Origin: Patescibacteria group bacterium
Lineage (GTDB): Bacteria; Patescibacteriota; Patescibacteriia; PEXW01
Direction: 5' to 3'
NCBI GenBank assembly: GCA_038063455.1
Contig: JBBTVB010000002.1
Coordinates: 65,296-129,295, forward strand
DNA length: 64,000 nucleotides
The position numbers and the translations under genes are program-made. Below the pieces are notes generated by a model. That model made no database searches, had not been told where the DNA came from, and was given only the letters and a program-made list of their open reading frames with translations. Below, piece after piece: positions 18,353 to 26,613 of this stretch (its first letter is position 1; each line of letters opens with the position of its first letter).

Positions 18353-18380
18353 CCGGGGTGCTCCCAATGGGTCGCACCCG
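18353..18380. repeat. G-first hairpin motif copy C, in the 5' leader of the exonuclease gene
   Basis: CCGGGGTGCTCCCAATGGGTCGCACCCG. Confidence 0.85.
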
Positions 18381-18562
18381 CCTGCGGCTCCTCTGAGAGG
18401 AGAGGACACTTGAACAAGCTATCTTCATTTACTTTTACAGACCTGAATATATGTAGAACGTCAGCCGGGGGTCTGGGGGTGGATCGCCGCGGGGCCGGGC
18501 ATCCAGGGTGCTCTGCCGTCCTACGGAGGCGACCGCGTCGAGCCACCTCCAGCAGTCTTTGG

Positions 18563-18594
18563 GCACCACCTTTTCTGCTGCCAGAAAAGGCGGT
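18563..18594. repeat. degenerate member of the CCCNGCACCACCTT palindrome family
   Basis: GCACCACCTTTTCTG-CTGC-CAGAAAAGGCGGT; 12 nt (GCACCACCTTTT) identical to the 41819 hairpin arm. Confidence 0.55.
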
Positions 18595-18652
18595 AAATGC
18601 GTGAATGACCAAAAGTAACCGATGAACATCACTGCGTCGTCACGTACAAATG

Positions 18653-18686
18653 CGAGATTCCTCGGTACCCTCGGAATGACAAAACG
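18653..18686. repeat. REP-like element CGAGATTCCTCGGTACCCTCGGAATGACAAAACG
   Basis: same ends as 21767..21811 and inverted relative to 21721..21748. Confidence 0.7.
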
Positions 18687-18754
18687 AGTGGATAGACTGG
18701 GGAAAGGTCCTGCCTTGCCCCGGCCCAGCAGCCCAAGTAAGATACAGAGACCCT

Positions 18755-20140
18755 ATGGCCGACAACCGCCAAACGCTGCCCGACAAAATCCCACCCCAAA
18801 ACCTGGATGCCGAACAGGCGTTGCTGGGCGCGTTGTTAATTGATAAGGATGCCATTATCAAGGTGGCCGACCTTATCCAGACGGCCGACTTCTACCGCGA
18901 CATTCATGGCAAGATCTACCAGGCCATGCAGGAGTTGTACGAAAAGCACGAACCCATCGATGTGGTTGGTTTATCGAACCGGCTCGAGGAGAAGAAGCAA
19001 CTGGAACTAGTCGGCGGCCTCTCTGCCCTAACTGCCTTGGCTAATACCGTGCCAACGGCCAGCAACGTAGTGAGCTATGCCAACATTGTGCAGCGCAAAG
19101 CCACCCTGCGGCGCTTGCTGCAGGCGGCGGGCGATATTACCAGCATTGGCTACCAGGAAAGCGAAGACGTGGAAAAATTGCTGGACGAAGCCGAGCAGTC
19201 CATTTTCTCGGTGTCACAACGCTACCTGCGCCAGAACTTTATTCCCATTCGCTCCGTGCTCTCAGAAGCATTTGAGCGCATTGACGAACTGCACAAAGGC
19301 GCGGGCAAGCTGCGCGGCATTACTTCTGGCTACCCAGACGTTGACCGGTTACTGGCCGGCTTCCAGAAAAGTGACTTGATTATTGTCGCCGCCCGGCCGG
19401 GTATGGGCAAAACGACACTGGCCTTGGACTTTGCGCGCCACGCGGCCACGAAGATGAAAGTGCCGGTGGGCATTTTCTCTTTGGAAATGTCCAAGGAACA
19501 ACTGGTAGACCGCATGCTCTGCGCCGAAGCCGAAGTGGACTTGTGGAAAATGCGCACGGGCAAACTCTCTGACCGGCCGGAAGACAATGACTTCCCCAAA
19601 ATCGGCCATGCCATGGGCGTGCTGTCCGAAGCGCAAATTTTTATTGACGACACCGCCACCAGCAACGTTATGATGATGCGTACCAAGGCCCGCCGCTTAC
19701 AAGCCGAGCATGGCCTAGGCATGATTGTGGTGGACTACTTGCAGCTTATGGAAGGCCGAGCGAACGTGGAAAACCGCGTGCAGGAAGTGGCGGAAATTAC
19801 CCGTGGCCTCAAGGCCATTGCCCGCGAGCTCAATATCCCGGTTATTGCCCTGTCCCAGCTCTCGCGCGCCGTGGAAAACCGCGAGAGTAAAATTCCGCAA
19901 CTGGCCGACCTGCGAGAATCCGGGTCCATCGAGCAAGACGCCGACGTGGTCATGTTCATTTACCGCCCGGCCATGTACGACCGCGACTCCGACCCCTTGA
20001 AAAAAGGCGTGGCCGAAATCCATGTCGCCAAACATCGCAACGGCCCCACCGGCCACATCGAACTCATTTTCAACGAAAATAAAGTCCGCTTCGAAAGCAA
20101 GGCCAGCGAGCAATTCGCTGGTCCAGCTCCCACCTACTAA
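18755..20140 (+). CDS. dnaB: replicative DNA helicase
   Basis: PPQNLDAEQALLGALL N-terminus, Walker A ARPGMGKT, IVVDYLQLM, SGSIEQDADVV. Confidence 0.97.
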   Translation: MADNRQTLPDKIPPQNLDAEQALLGALLIDKDAIIKVADLIQTADFYRDIHGKIYQAMQELYEKHEPIDVVGLSNRLEEKKQLELVGGLSALTALANTVPTASNVVSYANIVQRKATLRRLLQAAGDITSIGYQESEDVEKLLDEAEQSIFSVSQRYLRQNFIPIRSVLSEAFERIDELHKGAGKLRGITSGYPDVDRLLAGFQKSDLIIVAARPGMGKTTLALDFARHAATKMKVPVGIFSLEMSKEQLVDRMLCAEAEVDLWKMRTGKLSDRPEDNDFPKIGHAMGVLSEAQIFIDDTATSNVMMMRTKARRLQAEHGLGMIVVDYLQLMEGRANVENRVQEVAEITRGLKAIARELNIPVIALSQLSRAVENRESKIPQLADLRESGSIEQDADVVMFIYRPAMYDRDSDPLKKGVAEIHVAKHRNGPTGHIELIFNENKVRFESKASEQFAGPAPTY

Positions 20141-20152
20141 CCCCACGAATCT

Positions 20153-20443
20153 ATGTTTGAAAAGCTCAAGCAAATTAAGGACTACCGCGACCAGGCCAAA
20201 AAAATTCAAAGCGCGCTCAAAGATGAAAAGGTGGAAGGCAGCGGCGGCTGGGGCAAAGTCAAAGTGAGCATGGACGGCAACCAGGAAGTGCAGGATGTGG
20301 TCATTGCGCCGGAATTGCTCACAGCCAGCCGCGGCCCAGAGTTGCAAAAGGCGGTGAAGGATGCCGTAAACGAAGCAATTAAATCTGCTCAGAAAAAAAT
20401 GGCCAGCCGCGTAAAAGACATGGGCGGCCTGCCGCAACTCTAA
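20153..20443 (+). CDS. ybaB: YbaB/EbfC nucleoid-associated protein
   Basis: size, KVEGSGGWGKVKVSMDGNQEV pattern, position before recR. Confidence 0.88.
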   Translation: MFEKLKQIKDYRDQAKKIQSALKDEKVEGSGGWGKVKVSMDGNQEVQDVVIAPELLTASRGPELQKAVKDAVNEAIKSAQKKMASRVKDMGGLPQL

Positions 20444-20446
20444 AAC

Positions 20447-21052
20447 ATGCCCCGCTACGCCGACAGCATCCAGCGGCTCATCGACCAGCTCAACCGGCTG
20501 CCGGGTATTGGCCCAAAATCGGCAGAGCGCTTGGCGTTCCACTTAATTAAGGTAAATGCCGATTCGCGTGACCTACTGGTACGCGCTATTCAGGATGTCC
20601 ACACGAACGTCGTCCGCTGCGCGGTGTGCGGCCAGTGGGGCAACAAGACGCCCTGCCATATTTGCGGAGACCCCAAGCGCGACCCGGCGCAAATTTGCGT
20701 AGTGGCCGAGACGCAGGATTTGGCGGCCATTGAACGCACGCACGAATTTCATGGGGTATACCACGTGCTCAACGGCGTGCTGAACCCGCTCACCGGCGTG
20801 ACTGGGGACGATTTGAACGTAGCCAGCCTGGTGAGCCGCGTGCAAAAAACCGAACCGAGAGTGACCGAAGTTATCTTCGGCCTCAACCCGGACGTAGAGG
20901 GCGAGACCACCATGCTCTACCTGACCAAACTGCTGCGCCCGCTGGACGTAAAACTCACCCGCCTGGCGCGTGGCCTGCCGCTGGGTTCCAACCTCGAATA
21001 CGCGGACGAAGTAACTTTGGGCGATGCCCTGAAGGGGCGAAGGACGGTGTAA
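20447..21052 (+). CDS. recR: recombination protein RecR
   Basis: LPGIGPKSAERLAFH HhH motif, C4 zinc finger CAVCGQ...CHIC, Toprim region. Confidence 0.95.
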   Translation: MPRYADSIQRLIDQLNRLPGIGPKSAERLAFHLIKVNADSRDLLVRAIQDVHTNVVRCAVCGQWGNKTPCHICGDPKRDPAQICVVAETQDLAAIERTHEFHGVYHVLNGVLNPLTGVTGDDLNVASLVSRVQKTEPRVTEVIFGLNPDVEGETTMLYLTKLLRPLDVKLTRLARGLPLGSNLEYADEVTLGDALKGRRTV

Positions 21053-21054
21053 CA

Positions 21055-21159
21055 TGCATCCCTCCCTCTCCCTTTGGGAGAGGGTCTCGGGGTGAGAGAC
21101 CAACGAGACAAGACTCGTCTCTGGATCCCCTCACCTGCCCTTCGGGCATCCTCTCCCAG
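21055..21159. repeat. GC-rich hairpin cluster (CCCTCTCCC-TTT-GGGAGAGGG ... CCTCTCCC-AGA-GGGAGAGG)
   Basis: several 8-9-bp stems in the convergent recR/rplU spacer; same style as 61225..61310. Confidence 0.7.
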
Positions 21160-21265
21160 AGGGAGAGGATGATTCTGCATTTAGAAGGAACACATAACAA
21201 AACCGACAGAGCCGCCGCCGTTGGCGGGATAAACAAGCTCTGCCCCTACTTTCTATATCATATCC

Positions 21266-21580
21266 CTACCCGACGATCTTCTCGATCTTGATGGCCGTGT
21301 AGTGCTGGCGGTGGCCGATCTTGCGGTGCTTGCGGGTCTTAGATTTGTAGGTTTCTACGTACAGCTTCTTGCCCAGGCCATGAGAGACGACGATGGCTTC
21401 CACTTTGGCACCCGCAACCTTGGGCGTCCCGATTTTTGCGGCAGTCCCATCCACAACCAAGAGCGGTTCAAAAGTCATAGCGGCTTTCGGTTCGGCCACG
21501 AGTTTTTCAACTTTAAGTGTATCTCCCGGTTTCACGAGATATTGTTTGCCACCGGTGACGATTACTGCGTGCGTTGCCAT
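21266..21580 (-). CDS. rplU: 50S ribosomal protein L21
   Basis: AVIVTGGKQYLVKPGDTLKVEKL signature. Confidence 0.95.
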   Translation of the reverse strand: MATHAVIVTGGKQYLVKPGDTLKVEKLVAEPKAAMTFEPLLVVDGTAAKIGTPKVAGAKVEAIVVSHGLGKKLYVETYKSKTRKHRKIGHRQHYTAIKIEKIVG

Positions 21581-21720
21581 ACAAAAAGCCTGATTGCGAA
21601 GTAGAGTGAAAGTAGCACCAACCGGAGCCTAGGTCAAGGCCCGGTGAGCTGGCCCATAGCGTTGACCAAGCGCGGGCGGCCCTGCCCGCGCAGGTACAGG
21701 GGCCTGCGCTAGGGATTTTT

Positions 21721-21748
21721 GTCATCCCGAGTACCGACGAGGGATCTC
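21721..21748. repeat. REP-like element (inverted orientation) GTCATCCCGAGTACCGACGAGGGATCTC
   Basis: reverse-complement architecture of the GAGATxCCTC...TCGGxATGAC elements. Confidence 0.6.
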
Positions 21749-21766
21749 ACATTTTGTCTAAAAATT

Positions 21767-21811
21767 CGAGATTCCTCCCCTCGCTTACGCTCGGGGTCGG
21801 AATAACAAACG
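21767..21811. repeat. REP-like element CGAGATTCCTCCCCTCGCTTACGCTCGGGGTCGGAATAACAAACG
   Basis: shares CGAGATTCCTC...TCGGAAT.ACAAA.CG with 18653..18686. Confidence 0.7.
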
Positions 21812-21814
21812 GGG

Positions 21815-22315
21815 TTAGAGCAAAAACAACGGCCGGTTATTTTTGATGGTCACCATATCCCCTGGCTGCCAGCTGGCAGCCACTCCACTTGAAACTTCCA
21901 GCACCTGGCTGGCAGGATAGGCCGGACGGACCCGGGCTGGCTCCGCACCTTTCGCCGGTGGCGGGATATTGCGACTAATATCGATAATCTTGCCATCGTG
22001 TATCCAGACAATATCTAAAGAGAGGCGCATATCTTTCATCCAGAATTCGTAACTACCTGCCTCGGAAAATACAAAAAGCATGCCTTGCCCGGTCGGTAAA
22101 TTTCGGCGGCCGCTGAGCCCGCGGGCTTTTGCGTGGTTAGAGCGAGCAACCTCGACATGCATGTCCTGGCCCATGATGCTCACCGTCACCGAGCTGCCAA
22201 TGAGCCGCTGCCAGTAGTAGGGCGTGTAATCAGTAATCTCATCGCCACCCGTAACCCAGAAAAGGCCAAAGAGTATGACGCTGACGATGAGTAGGGTTAT
22301 GCGGCTAGGGTTCAT
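21815..22315 (-). CDS. DUF192-domain protein with N-terminal TM anchor
   Basis: ARGLSGR...GMLFVF...FWMKDMRLSLDIVWI pattern of DUF192/COG1430; start at the ATG giving MNPSRITLLIV. Confidence 0.78.
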   Translation of the reverse strand: MNPSRITLLIVSVILFGLFWVTGGDEITDYTPYYWQRLIGSSVTVSIMGQDMHVEVARSNHAKARGLSGRRNLPTGQGMLFVFSEAGSYEFWMKDMRLSLDIVWIHDGKIIDISRNIPPPAKGAEPARVRPAYPASQVLEVSSGVAASWQPGDMVTIKNNRPLFLL

Positions 22316-22468
22316 GGAAAGAGGGTGTTGACGGCTATGGGGTACAGGCGTAGTATAGAGTATTCGAAACAAAACCTTAAACCCAGCTACCTTGGAGGAG
22401 GTAGTTCGTTAAATAATTTTGTTCATTACAAACACAAGGACACAAACACTGAAAGGCTTACAAAGAGT

Positions 22469-22972
22469 ATGGAAGCTCTAGTACGGAAGAAACCAATCAA
22501 GGTTCCAGTATTCAATGGTGCAACAACGCAAATACGCATACAAAGCGTAGATGAAACACTTCATGAAGAATGTGCGGCTTTGATGGAGGAATTAACGAGT
22601 TGCGCATATCAGGAAGTCTTGGATACAGATGGGATTACGCGAATTCTTGGGCGGCTGCTTGATTACAACTTCCCGCGTAAAAAAATCAAAGAGTGCATAC
22701 TTTCTCGAATTTCATTCCAAGCCGCACTCAATCGTGGACTTTGCGTTGAAACAGGTAATCTTTTCATTGCCTGGGAACGAGTCGCAACGCATAAATTTTC
22801 AGAATGCATAAAATTTTCAGGGGGGGACATCCACGAAGCGATCCAGTTAGGAATTTCGAGCAGGGCAAAAATTGCTGACGAACTACGTTCGGAGCGAGGG
22901 GACAAAAAAATCATCTCAGAAGAAGAGCTTCGAAAAACACTACAAACACGAATTTTTCAACTTACCTCTTAG
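22469..22972 (+). CDS. hypothetical protein (167 aa from first ATG), AT-rich ORFan
   Basis: ORF 22325..22972 has no start codon after its SD-like GGAGGAGG until ATG 22469; no family recognised. Confidence 0.4.
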   Translation: MEALVRKKPIKVPVFNGATTQIRIQSVDETLHEECAALMEELTSCAYQEVLDTDGITRILGRLLDYNFPRKKIKECILSRISFQAALNRGLCVETGNLFIAWERVATHKFSECIKFSGGDIHEAIQLGISSRAKIADELRSERGDKKIISEEELRKTLQTRIFQLTS

Positions 22973-22989
22973 TTGAGGCTCAAGAGGTT

Positions 22990-23028
22990 AACCTCTATTC
23001 AGTTTTTCTGAATAGAGGTTCTTTTTTT
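22990..23028. terminator. bidirectional terminator, 13-bp stem
   Basis: AACCTCTATTCAG-ttttt-CTGAATAGAGGTT followed by CTTTTTTT. Confidence 0.75.
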
Positions 23029-24090
23029 ATACGCAATTACCACGGCCGTGGCCAGCAGTGCCATGACCAACCCAAGCGCTGCAAGCGCAAAAACTTTTTG
23101 CTCGCCGTGTGTCACCAGCGTAATGCTCCCAAAGACTGCTACCACGGTGTACAGCAGCAAGACGACCTGACGGTGCGAGAGGCCAATATCCAGCAAACGG
23201 AAATGCAAGTGACCCCGGTCGGCTTGCGTGGCTTTTCTGCGTCCGAAGAGTCGCCGCACAATAGACCAACCCACGTCGAGCGCCGGCAAACCCAGGATGA
23301 GTAATGCAGTAGCAATCTTCCCGCCAGCTAAAATCGAAAGCGTGCCGAGCATAAAACCGGTCCAGGTAGAGCCGCCTTCGCCGAGAAAGATTTTTGCCGG
23401 GTGCCAGTTCCAAATAAGAAAACCTGCGGCTGCGCCAGCCAATGCCATGGCCAGCACGGCAGTTTCTGGCTGTGCCACTTCCTGCCCCAAACTTACGGTG
23501 GCAATAATGATGCCGCCGATAGTGGTGATACCGGCGACCAAGCCATCCAGGCCGTCGAGTATCTTGGTGGTATAGGTTGTCGCGAGCAACCAAAGAATTG
23601 CAAAGATATCAGCCAGCAAAACGATTTTGTACGGTTCGCCGTTGTACTGAAACAGCGACCAGCTAATAGCATCTAACGTAAAGGTTCCGCCAAAGGGGTT
23701 GGTAATGTACGGGATGCCGATGCCGGAGGCGATGATAACCAATCCAGCCACAATGGGGAACCAAATCTGGCGACTCGGCCGCAAGTGCTTGCGATCATCC
23801 AGGTAGCCACCGACCATTAGTACAAAGCCAGCAAGCGTAATACCTACCAGGTGCTTAGGCAGCAAGAAACCGCCGAAGAGCTGATCGGTCGTAAGCGCAA
23901 CCACCCAAACCACCAAAGTGAACGCAAGGTAAGGTGCAATGCCACCGAGCAACGGAACCGGACGGTTATGTAGCTTACGACTACCGTCGGGGGCATCAAC
24001 TACCTTATGCCGTAACGCAAACCACCGCACTGCTGGGGTCAGCATCGCACTTGCAACCAAGGCTAGTAGAAAAATTGTAGCGGGCATCAT
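22999..24090 (-). CDS. glycosyltransferase family 4 polyprenyl-phosphate sugar-1-phosphate transferase (WecA/MraY family, WecA-like)
   Basis: about 10 TM helices; HNRPVPLLGGI and ILDGLDGLVAG motifs. Confidence 0.85.
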   Translation of the reverse strand: MMPATIFLLALVASAMLTPAVRWFALRHKVVDAPDGSRKLHNRPVPLLGGIAPYLAFTLVVWVVALTTDQLFGGFLLPKHLVGITLAGFVLMVGGYLDDRKHLRPSRQIWFPIVAGLVIIASGIGIPYITNPFGGTFTLDAISWSLFQYNGEPYKIVLLADIFAILWLLATTYTTKILDGLDGLVAGITTIGGIIIATVSLGQEVAQPETAVLAMALAGAAAGFLIWNWHPAKIFLGEGGSTWTGFMLGTLSILAGGKIATALLILGLPALDVGWSIVRRLFGRRKATQADRGHLHFRLLDIGLSHRQVVLLLYTVVAVFGSITLVTHGEQKVFALAALGLVMALLATAVVIAYKKRTSIQKN

Positions 24091-24479
24091 GCCTGCTGCG
24101 CTAGGTAGCTCTGCAAAATAAGCGTTGCGGCGTCAGCATCAACTGCACCATGCTTGCCGGCTTCCTGACGCAAGCGCGTTGCTTCGGTGCTGGTCAAACG
24201 CTCGTCGACCATATCTACCGGCACGGTTAAAATATGCTGTAAATCGGCGGCCACTTCCCGCACGCGACTGGTCTGCGCCGAGTCTTTGCCATCCAGGCTA
24301 AGCGGTAAACCCAACACGACTTTCTCAATGCGCTCGCTAACCACTACCGCTTGAATCGTTTCCAGGGCGTGGGCAAACCCGCGCACCGCCATAACTTTCC
24401 AGGGGAAAACCCACTGGCCATCTGGGCTGACGGCAAAGCCAATGCGCCGCTCACCCCAATCTACGCCGAGCAGCTTCAT
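24087..24479 (-). CDS. ruvX: Holliday junction resolvase-like RuvX/YqgF
   Basis: LLGVDWGERRIGFAVS N-terminus, size. Confidence 0.9.
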   Translation of the reverse strand: MKLLGVDWGERRIGFAVSPDGQWVFPWKVMAVRGFAHALETIQAVVVSERIEKVVLGLPLSLDGKDSAQTSRVREVAADLQHILTVPVDMVDERLTSTEATRLRQEAGKHGAVDADAATLILQSYLAQQA

Positions 24480-25219
24480 ATGGTAAGAATTTCGTAACCA
24501 CTCTCCGTAACCACCAAGGTGTGCTCGTAGTGGCTAGCCAAGCTGCCATCGGTGGTCACCACGGTCCACTTGTCTGGCGCGGTCTGCACCTGCCAGTGCC
24601 CCGCACTCACCATGGGCTCTACGGCAATAACCAGCCCGACAGGCAGCGCCGTACCAGTGCCCAGTTGACCGTAGTTCGGTACTTTCGGGTCTTCGTGCAC
24701 GGCATGGCCCACCCCGTGGCCAACGAGTGCGCGAATAACGCCAAAACCTTGCGCTTCCACGTAGGTTTGCACAGCATGACCAATATCACCAGTAGTAGCC
24801 CCGGCTTTTATAACTTTCAGCCCTTCTCGAAAAGCTTGCTCCGTAACCGTGATAAGTTTTTTCGCTTCCTTAGAAATTTTGCCAACGCCCACAGTGATGG
24901 CCGCATCCGTGAACAAATCTTGGTACTGCACGCCACAATCTAAACCAACAATGTCCCCTTCCTGAAAAATTTTGTCGCCGGGTATGCCGTGCACCACTTC
25001 GCTATTGACCGACACGCAGAGGGTGGCTGGAAAGCCTTCATAATTTTTAAAGGCCGGCACGCCACCTGCCTCGCGAATAGTCCTTTCGGCCAAGGTATCC
25101 AGATCTGCGGCCCGCGCGCCAGGCACTGCTGCTTTGCTGACGAGCTGTAAAACGTGTGCCAAAATCTTGCCGCCCTCCCGGAGGGTGGCGATTTCTTGCG
25201 GGGTCTTTACGCGCATCAT
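24476..25219 (-). CDS. map: methionine aminopeptidase, type I
   Basis: metal ligands in VHGIPG, GDIVGLD, GHGVGHAVHE, EHT. Confidence 0.95.
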   Translation of the reverse strand: MMRVKTPQEIATLREGGKILAHVLQLVSKAAVPGARAADLDTLAERTIREAGGVPAFKNYEGFPATLCVSVNSEVVHGIPGDKIFQEGDIVGLDCGVQYQDLFTDAAITVGVGKISKEAKKLITVTEQAFREGLKVIKAGATTGDIGHAVQTYVEAQGFGVIRALVGHGVGHAVHEDPKVPNYGQLGTGTALPVGLVIAVEPMVSAGHWQVQTAPDKWTVVTTDGSLASHYEHTLVVTESGYEILTI

Positions 25220-25896
25220 AGGTAGGGCACGATTGCGTGCAGGATATCGTTGAACACTGCCTGGATAGGCTGCTCGCCGCTCACGTCCAGCAGCTGCCCG
25301 CGCTCTTTATAGAAGGCCTTCAGGTCCAGGATGCGCTGGATGTAGGCATCGTAACGCTTCCCGGCAAGTTCCTCGGTGTCGTCGGGCCGATGCTGCAACT
25401 CCGAACCGCAAATGTGACAGTGATTGCCTTTGTAATCTGCATCCTGCGGGTGGAACACGATTTTGTCGTTGGGGCAGTACTTGCGCAAGGTCAAGCGGCG
25501 GATGGCTTCGGCCCGCACCACGTCGATAGAAATGGCAATGGGTTCGCGCATGTCGAATGTCGTAATCATTTTTTCCAGCGCAATGGCTTGGGGCGTGGAC
25601 AGCGGAAAGGCGTCAAATACAAAGCCAGTCTTGTGGTGCAAACGGGTAAGTTCGTGTTCGACCATTTCCAAAATGACATGGTCAGGCTGCGGGATGCCGC
25701 CGTCGTAGCGGGCTTTTACTTCGTCGGCAAAGGTCTCACCTTTGCCCGCGCGGGCATACACTGCGCGAATCAGGTCGCCGGTGCCCAGGTGGTACAACGA
25801 AAAACGCTCCTCTAGGAGCTGAGCTTGCGTGCCTTTCCCCGAGCCGGGCGGGCCGAGGAGCACCAAGTTCATCGGTCGAGGGTGTGCGGTATGCAT
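25216..25896 (-). CDS. adk: adenylate kinase (zinc-lid form)
   Basis: LLGPPGSGKGTQ P-loop, LID CPNDK...CHICG; start ambiguous (ATG 25896 or 25872; the track start at 25953 is less likely). Confidence 0.92.
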   Translation of the reverse strand: MHTAHPRPMNLVLLGPPGSGKGTQAQLLEERFSLYHLGTGDLIRAVYARAGKGETFADEVKARYDGGIPQPDHVILEMVEHELTRLHHKTGFVFDAFPLSTPQAIALEKMITTFDMREPIAISIDVVRAEAIRRLTLRKYCPNDKIVFHPQDADYKGNHCHICGSELQHRPDDTEELAGKRYDAYIQRILDLKAFYKERGQLLDVSGEQPIQAVFNDILHAIVPYL

Positions 25897-26011
25897 GTCG
25901 GTGACCTGGATACTATACAGGAGCTTTTTCAAACCACCAAATAGCGTTGACAAGCCAGGCCTATGATGCTAACGTGCGCTCACAAAACCTCTACCAACAA
26001 AGGAGTACCCC

Positions 26012-26560
26012 TTGAAAACCCAAGAGTTATGGCAACGCTACACGGCCTTTTGGCTATATGCTGCCCTACTCAAGCACGAAAAGCTACAAAAAATTGTCCT
26101 TCCCTGGTTCTGGGTGTACCACCCCACTCACGCCCCCATGCTTGTAAGTGCAATAAAGGCAGGAAGTCCCATAGGTAATGGTCTGGATGACAGCGTCCCA
26201 AGGTGTCTACTAGTCTACGTTCAGTCTGTAATGTGGGATCGCATTTTTAATGCTGTTACTGAACGAACAGACATGAGTGCTGGGAATTTAAAGAGCTTCC
26301 TCGACCAGGACGCCGACAAAGTTTACGAACTGACCTCTGAAGACGATACGCCGTGGGGTTTTAACGAGTATGTCTGTGCGGAAACCTCAAAAAACTCCCT
26401 AGCGGATTTACTTGCGGGCATCCCTGAAAAATCAAAGATTCCTCACCTACAACTCGCCTCACTTCTTGGAGAAAAATTTGCACGTGGCGTGCGGGTGCTG
26501 GCATTTGCAAAAGTAAGGACTCGTTCAGATATGACCGATGCCCTAACGTCACGTTTCTAA
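26012..26560 (+). CDS. hypothetical protein (182 aa), ORFan inserted between adk and secY on the opposite strand
   Basis: TTG start 6 nt after a strong AAAGGAG SD; own terminator; lower GC; no family recognised. Confidence 0.55.
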   Translation: MKTQELWQRYTAFWLYAALLKHEKLQKIVLPWFWVYHPTHAPMLVSAIKAGSPIGNGLDDSVPRCLLVYVQSVMWDRIFNAVTERTDMSAGNLKSFLDQDADKVYELTSEDDTPWGFNEYVCAETSKNSLADLLAGIPEKSKIPHLQLASLLGEKFARGVRVLAFAKVRTRSDMTDALTSRF

Positions 26561-26564
26561 CAAC

Positions 26565-26600
26565 AGCGCTCTGGCTAAACCAGGGCGCTATTATTTTTAT
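26565..26600 (+). terminator. rho-independent terminator
   Basis: AGCGCTCTGG-ctaaa-CCAGGGCGCT followed by ATTATTTTTAT. Confidence 0.7.
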
Positions 26601-26613
26601 ACAATAGGTACAA

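Noticed and set aside
18430-18754. RNase P RNA, SRP RNA, tmRNA, 6S RNA or oriC in the large dnaQ-like/dnaB spacer
   Set aside because: The conserved cores were not found in a consistent arrangement (GAGGAAAGTCCGGGC with ACAGAA..GGCTTA, GGAAGCAGCCAAGG, the tmRNA tRNA-like ends, clustered TTATCCACA boxes). GGGGAAAGGTCCTGCC at about 18699 is only a loose resemblance and lies 40 nt from the dnaB start.
19715-20542. Long antisense or overlapping ORFs inside conserved genes (e.g. 19715..20542, 15482..16435, 29241..30068, 32138..33082, 35679..36542, 40826..41707, 14162..14905)
   Set aside because: These are shadow ORFs typical of GC-rich coding DNA. Each overlaps a gene with unambiguous conserved motifs on the other strand or frame, and their translations are low-complexity Arg/Ala/Gly-rich.
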